A stretch of DNA of 63,997 nucleotides, filler included, from Piptocephalis cylindrospora (Eukaryota), in the NCBI GenBank assembly GCA_003614145.1. It is 13 parts of 13 records of this genome, joined end to end, with 100 filler letters (N's around TTAATTAATTAA, not from the genome) between each part and the next. Parts side by side here need not be neighbours in the genome. Positions count along the whole stretch, not along the records: positions 1 to 4,910 come from KZ988457.1; positions 5,011 to 9,881 come from KZ988458.1; positions 9,982 to 14,852 come from KZ988459.1; 10 more parts are not named here. One strand, given 5' to 3'. The notes below the pieces were generated by a model that saw nothing but the letters and a program-made list of their open reading frames with translations, was not told where the DNA came from and made no database searches. A program made the translations under genes and the position numbers. Below are positions 1 through 11,811 of the stretch, in pieces. How positions within the stretch are numbered: the first letter of the stretch is position 1; each line of letters begins with the position of its first letter.

Positions 1-384
1 GCATCCCATGTGGAAACGAGGGGTGCAACACAGAGGAGAAAAAAAAGAGCCAAGAAGCAACAAGTCCTCCCTGGGCATGATTAAAAGAGCTAAATTGAGT
101 GTCCCGTTCATCTCGACCCTTCTTGCTTCCCTCCCCCTCTCTACTCTCTCTCTCTCTCCCCCCTCCCTTCCTGACATCACCTTTACTCACCTGTCACTAC
201 GGCCGTTCGTGCCTTTACGATTATCCTGCGTGAGTCCCTTACGTCTACATTCAATTCAACTTCCCTGCCTTGAGATACTTGCTCTCTGAACCACCAGCGG
301 CTTCTTCCTCCCCCTCCCCTCCCCCTCTCCCTCCCCCTCCTCTCCCCTCCCTCACCGGGCCCTTAAACCGCCCTGTTTCACGCA

Positions 385-2460
385 ATGCAGCTCTTCCTCT
401 CTACCCCCGCCACTTGTACGGGCAAGGACACGCCTTGGGGCCCCCTCCTCGCCTGTGCCGTCCTCCTTCTCGCAACCCTCCCGGTTAATGGAATGCACCA
501 ACCAGGTAAGTGCATGATCTTGAATAGAATTGCTTAGTGAAAAACTCATGACTAACTCGTTTTTTATTTCTAAAGGCACCACTGATAAGGGCAAGGGTCG
601 TTATAAAGATGCCCATCCACAACCTGCTATGAATTTTCATCATCAACAACCTGTTATGAATGCTCATCATCAACAAGCTGCTATGAATATTCATCGACTA
701 GCTGCTCAGGCTGCCCTAAATGCTCCTCGGAATCCTAACCAGGGAGTCGTGGGAAACAATGTCTATCAAGACGCCCATAATCATTGGCCCCAGGGTAATA
801 ACTACATGATCCACCACGAAGGGACGCACAATTATCATCAGAGTACGCACGGTTATTCTGACTATGCCGCTAGAAATGGCGTCGCTGCCGACTCTACGAT
901 ACACTTTCGCTTTAATGAGGAAGCGAGAAGGGCCAAGATCCGCGATCCCCCGAAGGCCCACCTTCCTATTACGGACATGCTGAACTGGGAATATATTAAG
1001 AAGGGTAAGTTACCTCTCTGTCTAATGGATGAGTGCTACTCGGATAAAGGGCTTAACCATCCTATATCTATTTGGTATGCATGAGAAAATGGCTTTTCTC
1101 ATTGGATCTCTCTCACGCTAATTAATCCTTCCACTCATACCTCTTCTTACTTCCTATCATAGTTTTACCGGCGTGCGCCGAATCCAGTGAAGAATCTATC
1201 TATTCTCACAAGGAGGGACAGCCGATCATTCCATGGGCCGACTCGTTCAAGAGGTATCATTCTATGCCGAACGCGCTTCAACTCTCGCTTTACTGGGCCA
1301 AATGTGCAGATGAGCGGATCACAAAGGCGATCCGTCAACGAAAACTTTTTGTTCGTTCTTCCTACGGAGGAGGGCCAATGACTGCTACTATAGCTGATTA
1401 TAGGGTGGCCAGTGGTGGGGCATGGTCCCCAGTGAGTAGGCTTTATGTCACCAAGTCCCTTAGTGATCGCCTTGAAAAGTTAGACGTCGTCGTTAAACAT
1501 TCCCGAGACGACTCCAAACGTACCAAAATCTCCACCTCTTATTATCTGATGGAAGGGGAGCTCCTGGTTCCTACAAGAGGATCCATTACCCCGATACCCG
1601 TAAAGATCATTAGGTATAATGTCCCTCACGGTAAAGAAGCTAAGGCTTTCAAAGAGAAAATGATTTCAACTCTTCGAAATGCTCTCCGGGCTCACTGTTA
1701 TTCACCCGAAGTAACTATCAAAATCTTGGATGTAGTGGTAGAGGACCCTCGGTTCATATACGTGGTCACGGAAAATTATGATGGGTCCTTGAGGGACATG
1801 ATGCAGGAGGAATTACCTTATAACCTCAATAGCCACACCTCCAGGACCCATTCGGAAACAGGGAAGCTGAGCGAAGAGATGGCTGCCCGCCTTTTCATTC
1901 CATTTATCAGGGATCTTCTCAAACTTAGTCGACAAGGTATTCACCTCCGTAACCTCTCTCCGGATACCATCAAAGTCAAGCGTAACGAGAAGAACGTTGT
2001 CTCCCTGCACGTGGTGGATTTTATCGAATCGGTCATGGACACTTCTTTTGAGGAAGTGAAGAATCTTGGCTACTCTGTGAATTATTATTACGATCCTAAG
2101 GAATTGTTTCTAAGAAAGAGACAATCGCGTGAATGGTCCAGGGTTGCCCTTCAAGAACTGGACTTGCGCCAAACCAGCGCCGTCCTTTACGATGCTGTCG
2201 TTGGTGAGGAGTCTCTAGAAAGCGCTCGTTCATCCGACTATATACATCGCGATATTCCCATACTTCCGCGGGCGGTCGGAGGATTGACCGCGTCCTTAAC
2301 CCAATTCTTCGAGGATACACTCAAGGGTCATCCCGGATTTCGTCCATCTATCACCAATCTCGATTACCTTCAGAGATGGGAGAATGAGCTTAAAGGCACT
2401 CCCTTGGGTCATGCATCTGCTTCTAAGCATGCTGCTCAGGGGATTCATGGCCATTATTGA
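385..2460 (+). CDS. Putative secreted protein-kinase-fold pseudokinase, about 615 aa; exons 385-505, 576-1004, 1163-2460
   Basis: Exon 1 encodes MQLF...GPLLACAVLLLATLPVNG|MHQP (signal-peptide-like). Two GTAAGT..AG introns with CTAAC/CTAAT branch sites join exon 1 and ORFs 530-1084 and 1264-2460 in frame. Kinase subdomain order is visible: YVVTENYDGSL, IHLRNLSPDTI, VVDF, YDPKE, DLRQTS, RPS. Confidence 0.75.
620..697 (+). repeat. 27-bp imperfect coding tandem repeat x3 (QPAMNFHHQ-like)
   Basis: caa(c/g)ctg(c/t)tatgaat starts at 620, 647 and 674. Confidence 0.85.
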
Positions 2461-4140
2461 TTTCCATTTTCGTTGAATTGGCAATACATCTCACTGTATT
2501 GAACGGATAATCGAAGGAGAGAGACCATTTGGCTCTAGCTAGTCTTTAAGCCTAACCTAATGACCTGATGATCTTCGTACATCCACTTGCTCCAACCCCT
2601 TTTCCTAATCAAGCAGCCAACTACCCCCTTTTTCTATCCGTATCCAAAAGCATGTGAAAGTGCCTATCATGCCTAGTGCAGCGCGGAGGCCGTAGGGTGA
2701 GTTTACCAGCCCCACTGTGTGTGACAAACTCACTGACGGTCAGGAGTTGAAAATGGCCTGAAATACAAATGACTGACTCATCCAACACCGTATCTTTTGC
2801 AAAGGCCTCACAGGATATACAAGATAGCTGATTGATATGCGTAAAAACTCACGAGATTAAGGATCAAGGTAGTAATATTGCTTTGTTGTTCGTTTCCGTA
2901 TCTCCTCTATTGAATGAGTGTATGATAATCGCCATAGCAGCAGTGCGACAAGATCAGTGCACAATGCAAGCATGGGTGCTTGAGATGATTCTCCACGGAT
3001 AATACAGGGTTTTCTATTCAATACACATAAAGGCATTCTTTCGGCTGATCAAGACCTCTTGTAATGGTCTCGACCCCAAATATTGATTCATATACCATGA
3101 ATATAAGCTGAACGATGGGAGGGCCGTTTCCTTTATGTCAATCGACACCATAGATAGCCATCGGTCAGCTCAAGAGACTACCTCACACACACCCAAGGCC
3201 ATATGAGGGATGTAGGATGCTAGTGACGGGAGGATGATACATCCCTGTGCAAGGGAGGTCAGTCTCTATGACTTCACATTGTCCATTGATCATCACCACT
3301 TCTACTAGAAAGGATCGTACTAAACGGTATCCATTTTACGGAGGGATGAAAGCTGGCCTAGTCGGGGTGACTTTCCCGCGTGCTCAAGGCCTGTGCGCCC
3401 ATTCTCCTTCATACACTCACTTTTCCACGTCCATTTCGGGCTGCTTGTCCCCGGACGTGGAATTGCCCTACCTTATCCTCGCTCATGCGCTCATCTTGCA
3501 ATTTCCATCCTCAGCGTACCTTCGTCAACGCTATAGAGAACGTGCTTATCAGGACAGGGGAGTGGGATGGACGGTAGACATGATTCATCCTTGCTTTCGA
3601 GCAGCCACGCATCAGAGCCCCTACCATGACCATGATCACTCACACTCCCGCCCTCGTTCTGTTAGTGTCACTGTCTTGTCCCACCATCACCCCTTTGAAT
3701 CCTCCCCCCCCTCTTCATCGGAACAATGGTCTCGGAAGCGAGCAATCAGCTCAGCGGCAAACGCCAAGACGGATGATGTAGAGGGCGTTTTAGGCGACTC
3801 CTCACACCAAATCCCACCCGCCCAGATATATCGCTTCATCATCATCCTTCTTGCGAGGATCGGGCTCCCAATCCTGCCCTCCAGCCACCTGATGGCGGGA
3901 GCGGGCGTAGCTAGCTAGCTAGCCAGGACCTACTGGGCTGAGAAAAAAGAGTCGGAGCAAAAGGAGCCCACAGGCGCACTTTTGGCCTCCATCTCGATGG
4001 GGTCCCATACCCTCTATGGGTGCGTGTGTCAGTACCCACACACACGCTCAGTAGATGGTGGCCTCCAATTCCTTCCCCCCTTCCCTGGCCCCCACGCACC
4101 CCTCAACTATGGTCTCCTCATTATAAGTCGTCCACCATCC

Positions 4141-4908
4141 TCAGCTCCTGCGGATCCCCGACCACGTCGCTTTCCTTTCTTCCTCTGCCTTAACAGCTTT
4201 GACTCTTACTTCCTCTTTGACTTTTGATTCATCCCAAGGACTTTCTTCTTCCTGCTCGACGGCTCTCTCTTTCTCTCTCTCTCTCTTTATCCCTTCCCGT
4301 CTTCCCCTCAAAACTTCTGCTCCAAGCCCACCAGTGCGACCTGACTGCTCCCCCTTTTCCTGTCTTTTGACAAGCCCTATACCTCTCTCTCCCCAAAAGA
4401 GTCCTCTTGCCACCACCGCAGCAAGTTGTCGATTGACCTTCTTCCTCTCCTTGTTCAATCCAAACTCTGCTCCACCCACCTCTTCCCATCCCACTCTCCT
4501 TGACCTTTGTGTCCTTCCCAGCTCCTTACTGATTTCCGCTTCATGGCCAAGGGCATCGGCCATCTCTATGCCCTCCAGGACGGGAGAGGAAGAGAAGGAG
4601 TTGGTACGACGAAGCTTCACAGCCATCATCCTCCAGGTGAGGTTCTCTAGACGGGATCCCTCCGGAAGCTGGTCCTTGGCACGGGTATAGAGTCTCCAGA
4701 TTTGGGTAGCCAAGGGATCCTGAGCATTTGCTTCGTCTTCCGTAAGTCCAGAGCCCGAGGGGGAGCCCAACAAAGGAGGGGAGGGAAGGGGGGAAGAGGG
4801 ACGAGAGGTACCCTCACCCGGCCTTGGTCGGGGCTGGCGCTCATGATTACTCATCCAGCTTGGGTCACCCGAGAACACATGATGGCTCGTATGCTTATCA
4901 TCTCCCAT
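4141..4908 (-). CDS. DUF1752 (AreA/Gat1 N-terminal-type) domain protein; start lies at the contig edge
   Basis: [34 protein letters not shown] matches the DUF1752 signature ([10 protein letters not shown]). No GATA zinc finger is visible downstream. Confidence 0.75.
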   Translation of the reverse strand: MGDDKHTSHHVFSGDPSWMSNHERQPRPRPGEGTSRPSSPLPSPPLLGSPSGSGLTEDEANAQDPLATQIWRLYTRAKDQLPEGSRLENLTWRMMAVKLRRTNSFSSSPVLEGIEMADALGHEAEISKELGRTQRSRRVGWEEVGGAEFGLNKERKKVNRQLAAVVARGLFWGERGIGLVKRQEKGEQSGRTGGLGAEVLRGRREGIKREREKERAVEQEEESPWDESKVKEEVRVKAVKAEEERKATWSGIRRS

Positions 4909-4910
4909 GG

Positions 4911-5010
4911 NNNNNNNNNNNNNNNNNNNNNNNNNNNNNNNNNNNNNNNNNNNNTTAATTAATTAANNNNNNNNNNNNNNNNNNNNNNNNNNNNNNNNNN
5001 NNNNNNNNNN
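4911..5010. other. Artificial contig linker, first of 12
   Basis: N44-TTAATTAATTAA-N44 has stops in all six frames. It recurs at 9882, 14853, 19819, 24783, 29746, 34694, 39638, 44579, 49518, 54450 and 59378, each 100 nt. Confidence 0.99.
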
Positions 5011-5593
5011 CCGGCTGGGGAAAGAGGGGATGGAGCTCGACCTGGTTAACGGCAGGCCGCACGTTACATTGGGCCAGAAGTTTCTGGAGATGGGGGATGG
5101 TAAAGTTGGACACGCCAATGGCCTTGACCTTTCCCGTGTCCAGAAGGGCCTCCATGGCTCTCCATGTGTCGACAAAGGAGACGTTAGGCTCGCGAAGGCA
5201 TTGACCTTGCTTGTCCTTCTGACCGGGATGATCCTTGCTGACGGCGACGGGCCAGTGCATCAGATACAGATCCAGATACTCGAGTTGGAGATCTTTCAAA
5301 GTCTGCTCCAGGGCAGGAAGGACATCGGCAGGTCGATGCTTGTCATTCCACAGCTTGGACGTGATGAAAAGTTCCTCTCGGGGGATTGCCGGGGAGTAGG
5401 AGGAAAAGGCTTGACCCAGCTCCTTTTCATTCCCGTAGGTGGCAGCGCAGTCGACGTGACGATATCCGGCGTCAAAAGCGGTGTGAACGGCGGTCTTGGT
5501 TTCCTCTAGGCCTTTGGATTTGTGGGTTCCCAGGCCTACGGAGGGGATCTGGGCTCCGGTGTTGAGGGTGAATTTTTGCTGATTAAGGTTCAT
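5011..5593 (-). CDS. Aldo-keto reductase, 3'-truncated
   Basis: IPSVGLGT, GYRHVDCAATYGNE, REELFITSKLW, YLDLYLMHWP, KAIGVSNF, PAVNQVELHP. TATAAATA on the minus strand near 5700. Confidence 0.95.
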
Positions 5594-6150
5594 GGTGGAG
5601 GTGTGAGATGAAATGAAGCGGGGGAAAATGGTAAGATAAGATAGACGAGGGAGAGAGGGAGGATGGAAGGTGAGAGAAGGGTGGGCAGAGGCACTGTATT
5701 TATAAGAAGCTGATGTAATCTCAATATGGACAAGGGCCAAGGATGACGACAGGGATGACTTGGTCAGTCATGTGGAAGTGGGGACACGAATCATTGAAAT
5801 CAGACCCTGTTGTAAGAGCGGAGTTTGGTTTGTACAGAGGTTCCCGAGTTGGGAGGAATGTACGGAGATGTCTTGAGGCAAGTGGGAGATGGGATGGAAG
5901 AGGGGTAATCATCATTAGTAGTGGTAGTGATAGTGGTAAATGGGATGGTTGAAGCCCCTGTTGCTTGTATCCCGAGAGGGGGCGATGCGTCCATCTTCCT
6001 CGATGAGACTTGATTCTCCATGTCAAATAAGCGCACAAAGAAAGGACAGATGAAAAAAGGAAACTCCACCAGCCTATGTTCTCTTGGAGACGCATCTTCT
6101 GCTATAGCATGTACTCATCCCTACCCAGGTCCAGTCCCATCGCAAAAGCT

Positions 6151-7566
6151 CTACTCGTCCTCTTCGTCCTCTTCCTCTTCCTCTTCTTCATCGGTACTAT
6201 CGTACTCGTAATCATCTTCCTCAAAGTCATCAAAGCCCTCGTATTGAAGGGCCTCACCGGTGAACCAATCGATGGCATGAGGGATGATCTTCTCCTTGAA
6301 CTCCTCGCCTAGTTCGTAATCGCGTTCGACCTCCTCCTCATCCTCCTCGGCGTCCTCTTCCGGCTCCTCGTCCTCAGCAACCTCCTCGGACCCTTCCTCC
6401 TTGGAGGCTGAGGGTCGGGAGGGGGAGAGGGTTTTGAAGAATTCAAAGAAAGTCTGGGCGGGGACGGTCTTTTGAACGGTGCGGATGGCGCCGGTGGCCT
6501 TGTGACGCTGCCTCTTGGTCTGGATGGTGACGGAGAGATCACGGCCCTCACGCCACTGGATCGAGCATCCCTCGGCACGTTCGTAGACCAGATCACCGAT
6601 GGACCCGGCCTGCTGGTAGTAGTAGGTCTTGGTGAGGGTGGGATCGGTGAAATAGTCATTTTCGGCAAAGTCAAAGGCTAGCTGGAAGCCGGGCCTCTCA
6701 TCGGTGTAGATGAGACGGATATCGGTGAGCTTCTTGAGGACATCTTCGTCGGCATCAGTGATGAGCTCGGCGAGGAGTTGGTGGTTCTTGAGGGCGGTAA
6801 GCCAGAACTCGGGGATACCGGTGGCGGGCTGAACGGCAGCAGCGGCGGCGTCGGAGGAGTCCTCGGTCTCCTGGGGATCCTCGGGGACGTCCTCTTCCTT
6901 TCCGGCAGCGATCTCGGCGTCGGTGACCTCCTGGCCTGCACCGGCGATGAGTTCCCGACGACGTTCGTAGAGGGGGGCGTAGAGACGCTGATAACGCTTC
7001 TCGAGCTCGAGGACTTCCTGGTGAAATTGCCTTTCGAGTTCAGTGTGCTGTTTCTGCAGGCCACGAACGCCCCGGATGCGCCGACGGACGGGGGGGGACA
7101 GGGAGTCGAGGTAAGAGGAGGGATGACCGATGAGTCGGCCTAGCCTACCCTGGAGCATGCTGACTAGAGCCTGGTTATTGGCAAAGAGATCACCTGCAGC
7201 GGCAGCCACGGCAGGGGGGGGTGCGGCGGAGGGGGAGCTTCCCTCCTCCTCGACCTCCTCCTGCTCCTCCTTGTCGTCCCTTCCCTCCTCGGTGATGTCG
7301 TCCACAGAGGGTTGGACGGCACCCGAGGTGATGGGGGCAGCGTTCAAGGGAGTATTGAAGGGAGTGGGGGCCTCCAGAGAGGCGTCTTCACTTGCGCGCT
7401 TCTTGATACCGATTCCTAGGAGAGGGGTGGATGAGTGGGTTGGAAAGACGGGGGGTTGATCTCGTCGTCGTCGTCGTCATAATAAAAGTAAAGATCCTCT
7501 GATCCGGTCTGGTTACTCTGTCAAACCAAAGGGATCACTCTGACACTCACCAGTTGAAGAGGACAT
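6151..7566 (-). CDS. NAP1: Nucleosome assembly protein 1; exons 7551-7566 and 6151-7415
   Basis: GIPEFWLTALKN, NDYFTDPTLTKTY, FFEFF, IIPHAIDWFTG and an acidic tail. An in-frame GTGAGT..TAG intron gives the start MSSSTGIGIKKR. Confidence 0.93.
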
Positions 7567-8482
7567 GAGGGAATGTGAACGATTTGAAAGGGTCGGAGGT
7601 AGGAGGGAGGAATCAACAAGGGAGGGGAGATGAGAGTGAAGTGAGAGTGAAGTGGAGGGATAAAGTGGGAAGAAGGTGACAAGGCAACCACGATTCAAGT
7701 GCTGTGAACGCGGGGAGAGTGAGTAAGGGAGAGAGAGGAAGGATAGTGTGTGCATGAGTGAGGGCGTGATGTCTTGCCCGCCTATAAAGGCCGGAAAGGA
7801 CCAATACCGTCAAGTGCGTATCCATCTGTGAGCGTGTGTGTGAGGCGGAGATTGGCGGAGAGTAGGAGATAAACGTTTTCCTGACGAGTGGACCTGGGCA
7901 AAGCCCCTATTTCTCAGGTTGGATGGAGTCTGGTCTGGTCCAGCAAAGGAATTTCGAGATGCATAAAATGGGTCTTGTCCTGATCCTGATGACTATTTTT
8001 ATTACTAAGAAGAAAGGGAAAGAAGAAGCATACGACAAGACGGTCGTGTGCTGCTGCGTCAGTTAGAGAAGGATGGATGCACGATCTCGCCGTATTCTTC
8101 CTCCCTCCTCTCGCGTCTCGGGAAGTTACTTGAATGTGTTCCTCATGGGACAAGCGGTGCACGCGTCGAGAGATCAACAAGGCGCGTGTCGCGCGATGGA
8201 CGCGCGCACCACTCAGCCGTCAACACAAGAGCTCATGTATGCGCCATAAGAGGAAGGGCACAAAGTCTATCTCAGGCCTCATGGGATGATCGTGTGCCTT
8301 ATCTAAAGGACGGGGGGAGGAGAAAGTAGCGTGTCAAAGCCCACCCTCTCCTTTCCTCTCTCCCTCTCACTTTCACTTTGTCAATTCAATAAGGCACCTA
8401 TATTTTCTCTCTTTCTCTCCCCCTACTCTTTCTTCTGCCACGACAACAACAACAACAACTCCATGGACTCTCGTTGAGAGAC

Positions 8483-9810
8483 TTAAAAGGTCATGGCATC
8501 CAGACCATCGATACCCAGTTGCTCCCGGTAGAACATCTCAAAGTACTGATAGATGATGGTGACGGCAAGGAGGATTCCGGTGCCGGAACCAATGGCGCCC
8601 ATCATGTCGGCGACGACGGAGAGAGCACCGATGAGGACACCGCCGGTGGTGGCGGCGGTGGGGATGATGCGCTTGAGTTCACGGTACATACCGCCTTCAC
8701 GATGACCGGCGAGGACGGTCTCCTGTTCCTTGAGCTGCTTGGCGACGTCACGAGGGGAGGATCCGGATACCTCGATCCAGGTCTTGGAGAAGAGGGCGCA
8801 GATCCCGAGCATGAAGATGACGTAGATGACAAAGTGAATGGGGTCCTTGAGGGCATCAACGAGATGATGGGGGGGTTGCATGTAGTAGGCGGCACCACCT
8901 GTGGCGAAGAACTGGGAGGAGCCCTCATGGGGTTCCCAGACACCGAAGAGACGGACGAGGAGGTTATCGGGGAAGCGGTTGTAGAGCATCTGGGAGATCA
9001 TGAAGACATTGGAGGTGAGGGCGGACTGGAGCATGATGGGCATGTTGGAGGTGTAGAAGAGCTTGATGGGGTAGACGGCCTGGTGACCACGGAGCTTGTT
9101 GGACTTGATGGGGAGCTCGACACGGAAGCCCTGGAGGTAGATGACGAGGGCAAAGATGGCGACGGTAGCGACGAGGTTGGTGATGTTGGGGAGGTTGGAG
9201 CGGTAGAAGGCCTCCTTGAGGGCTCTGGCCTTGTCGGACCGGGTGAAGAGGAGGTGGAAGAGGGCGATGACGGCGCCCTCGAACTCGGGACCCCGACCGA
9301 TGTTGATGGTGGTGGGGGAAAAGGCCTTCCAGACGATGGTCTCGCAGATGTTGGTGGCGATGAAGAGGGAGATACCGGATCCGAGGCCGTAGCCCTTTTG
9401 GAGCATCTCATCCAGGAGGACGACGATCATACCAGCGACGAAGAGCTGAAGGATGAGGAGGAGACAGATACCGGCGCCCAGGTTGGAGGGAGAGCCGTAG
9501 AGACCGGTGAGGACAGCGACCATGGCCTGACCCAGGTTGAGGATGATGGCAAAGAGCTTTTGAGCCCCACTGAAGAGGATGCGGTCCTCCTTAAGGTTAT
9601 AGTCCACCTCGATGATGTTGGCTCCGGCCAGAAGCTGCATGATCATGCCTGAGGTGATGATGGGGGTGATACCGAGTTCCATGAGGGTTCCACGGTTGGA
9701 GGCGAGGATGACGCGCATCCAGTAGAAGGGATCCGAGGAGTCTGAGGACATGATGCCGTACAGGGGGATCTGGGAGCAGACGAGGAAGATGAAGAGGGTG
9801 ACAAGGACAG
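8483..9810 (-). CDS. SEC61: Translocon subunit Sec61 alpha; 5' exon(s) beyond the contig end
   Basis: [80 protein letters not shown]. Confidence 0.98.
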
Positions 9811-10257
9811 CTGGGATATGATTTCGTCGGAAGAGGAGGAGGAGGAGGAGGAGGAGGAAGAAGGGGAAGAGAATGAGGAGGNNNNNNNNNNNNNNNNNNN
9901 NNNNNNNNNNNNNNNNNNNNNNNNNTTAATTAATTAANNNNNNNNNNNNNNNNNNNNNNNNNNNNNNNNNNNNNNNNNNNNTCGCTTTTATAAGTCCTTG
10001 AGTGGAAGGGGGGGGCCAAGAGATTGGGTTTAGAGGTATAGTTTAAGGAGGGAGGAGGAAAGAAGTGGAAGATGAGATCCAGATAGGCCTCATCAACCCA
10101 GCCTTTATAGCCTAGCCCAATGGAAGAGATGGTCGACGGATAAATCGTCTAGAACCGGTATATCAATGGCAATAGTCAAATTCGCTACCTTCGCAAAAAA
10201 AAAAGCCAGCATTATAGTACTTGAGGATGGTGCGCTCACCAATATTCAGGAACCAGT

Positions 10258-10309
10258 AACTCCGATACAGAAAACATCAACTCCGATCCAAAGGCCACCA
10301 ACTCCGATC
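10258..10309. repeat. AACTCCGAT x3 at a 21-bp period, possible phased TF-binding sites
   Basis: Copies at 10258, 10279 and 10300, about 150-200 bp upstream of a minus-strand TATAAA near 10105. Confidence 0.55.
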
Positions 10310-11026
10310 CTGGATCTATTCTTATCAATGATGCCATTCAATGACCCTTTGTCCACACGATCCTAAATTGCGATTGAAAGGCTGTCGCAGTTGAGCCATA
10401 AGATAATGTATGTCCCATTGATTTACAGAATCCAACTGGCCTTTTCTCTGTTTTTTTCCTCATGTACTTTGATTGAATATCCCCTGAGAGTGAGACGGAC
10501 TATCTAGGTAATATTTCGCTGTTTACTACTACTACTCTCCAGATGAAAGCGACTCCTCGGTCGATGGGATGGGATGAGATGAGATGGAGAGGATGAGCAT
10601 GGGAAACGAATGGAGCTTTCATGGTAACACATCCCCTTCTACCTGGTCGTGATGTCGGCGTATAACTATTGATTGTATAAGATGAAATCCCCTCTCAGTC
10701 ATGCAAAGTGACAAACACGACTCAGTAAGGCAGAAAGGCTCAATTTGAATGCTCTACATAGCAAAGATGCAGTATATGTGATTGATGACAAGATCCGATC
10801 CAATACTGGATAAAACACACTCTGGATATCCTGTTCTTGGCATATCACATCTGTCAGCTGAGCAAGAGAAGTGTATGTTTGTATTCTCATTACCTTAGCC
10901 ACTAACCGCCAACCAACCACTGACCACTACGCTTGAGGAAAATGCAACAATGTTGCCACCCTTTCTCAATAGGCAAATCGATAGATATTGATTTTGTGTC
11001 TACAGACGAACTGTGCACTCTGGGTT

Positions 11027-11331
11027 CCTAGGGCGTCTCCCCCACACGGGTGGGTGGGTGGCGTTAGACATCTGCCTGCCCACTTTCCTTGGTGAGCGAC
11101 TACTTGTTTAAGATGCTATTATTATTATTACTATTCCCCTTAAGACTTTACGTTCCTCTTCCCAAGGTGCTCGCCGGACACGTCAACCTCCTAATGACTT
11201 ATGTCCTCGGCGCGCTAGTACGAATAGTAATAATAATAATAGCATCTTAAACAAGTAGTCGCTCACCAAGGAAAGTGGGCAGGCAGATGTCTAACGCCAC
11301 CCACCCACCCGTGTGGGGGAGACGCCCTAGG
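11027..11331. repeat. Perfect 110-bp inverted repeat with an 85-bp spacer
   Basis: 11027-11136 is the exact reverse complement of 11222-11331, checked by eye and including the (ATT)4 tract. No obvious target-site duplication. Confidence 0.95.
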
Positions 11332-11811
11332 GCAGGGATGTGAGAGATCACAAGGACGGGGAAACTGTATGAGAGTCTGAGGCTGGGTTTGGCCAGGCCA
11401 TCGGGACTGGAATGATGACTGTGCAAAGTGTACCGCTCCATCGCCCTTCTAGCCACTCATAGGTCTTTACAGTCCTCTCTCATCCTGCTCTTTCACCATC
11501 TCCCACCCACACCTCATCCTCCGACCTGACCCAGTCACCCCACCAACTCCCCTGTGCTCCATTGTACTGGGGTATAAAGGCTCAAAGGGGCTGGCGTCAA
11601 CCCTCTCCTCCGCAACTACCACCTCCCCTGACACCACTCTCTCCCTCCATTCCAATTCTCAACCTGCTCGTTCAACATCATTTCCTTGATCTCTCTTACA
11701 CTGGCTACCTTCAACTCTCCCTCTGCCAATCTCCCTCCCCCCTCTAAACTGCCTCCTCCCCTCCATCAAACTTTCTCCCATTCTCCTTCCTGACCTGTCT
11801 CTCCTTTCTGG

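Noticed and set aside
2690..2739. Hairpin GTGAGTTT/AAACTCAC and a nearby GGGTGCTTGAGA resembling a TPP riboswitch
   Set aside because: An 8-bp stem is within chance expectation, and the remaining TPP consensus elements are absent.
3247..3918. 223-aa plus-strand ORF
   Set aside because: GTG start, no motifs and atypical composition; cannot be supported.
4955..4966. Regularly spaced TTAATTAATTAA palindromes every ~4.9 kb, and ORFs ending in X...LIN
   Set aside because: These are synthetic six-frame-stop linkers inside N runs, not biological repeats.
8110..8210. CGCG/ACGCGT cluster about 600 bp upstream of NAP1
   Set aside because: Possibly MCB-like, but short motifs in GC-rich DNA are not distinguishable from chance here.
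8474..9652. 392-aa antisense ORF over SEC61 (similarly 35745-36992 over PMT2 and ORFs over NAP1)
   Set aside because: Shadow frames caused by strong C-ending codon bias of the real genes; no independent motifs.
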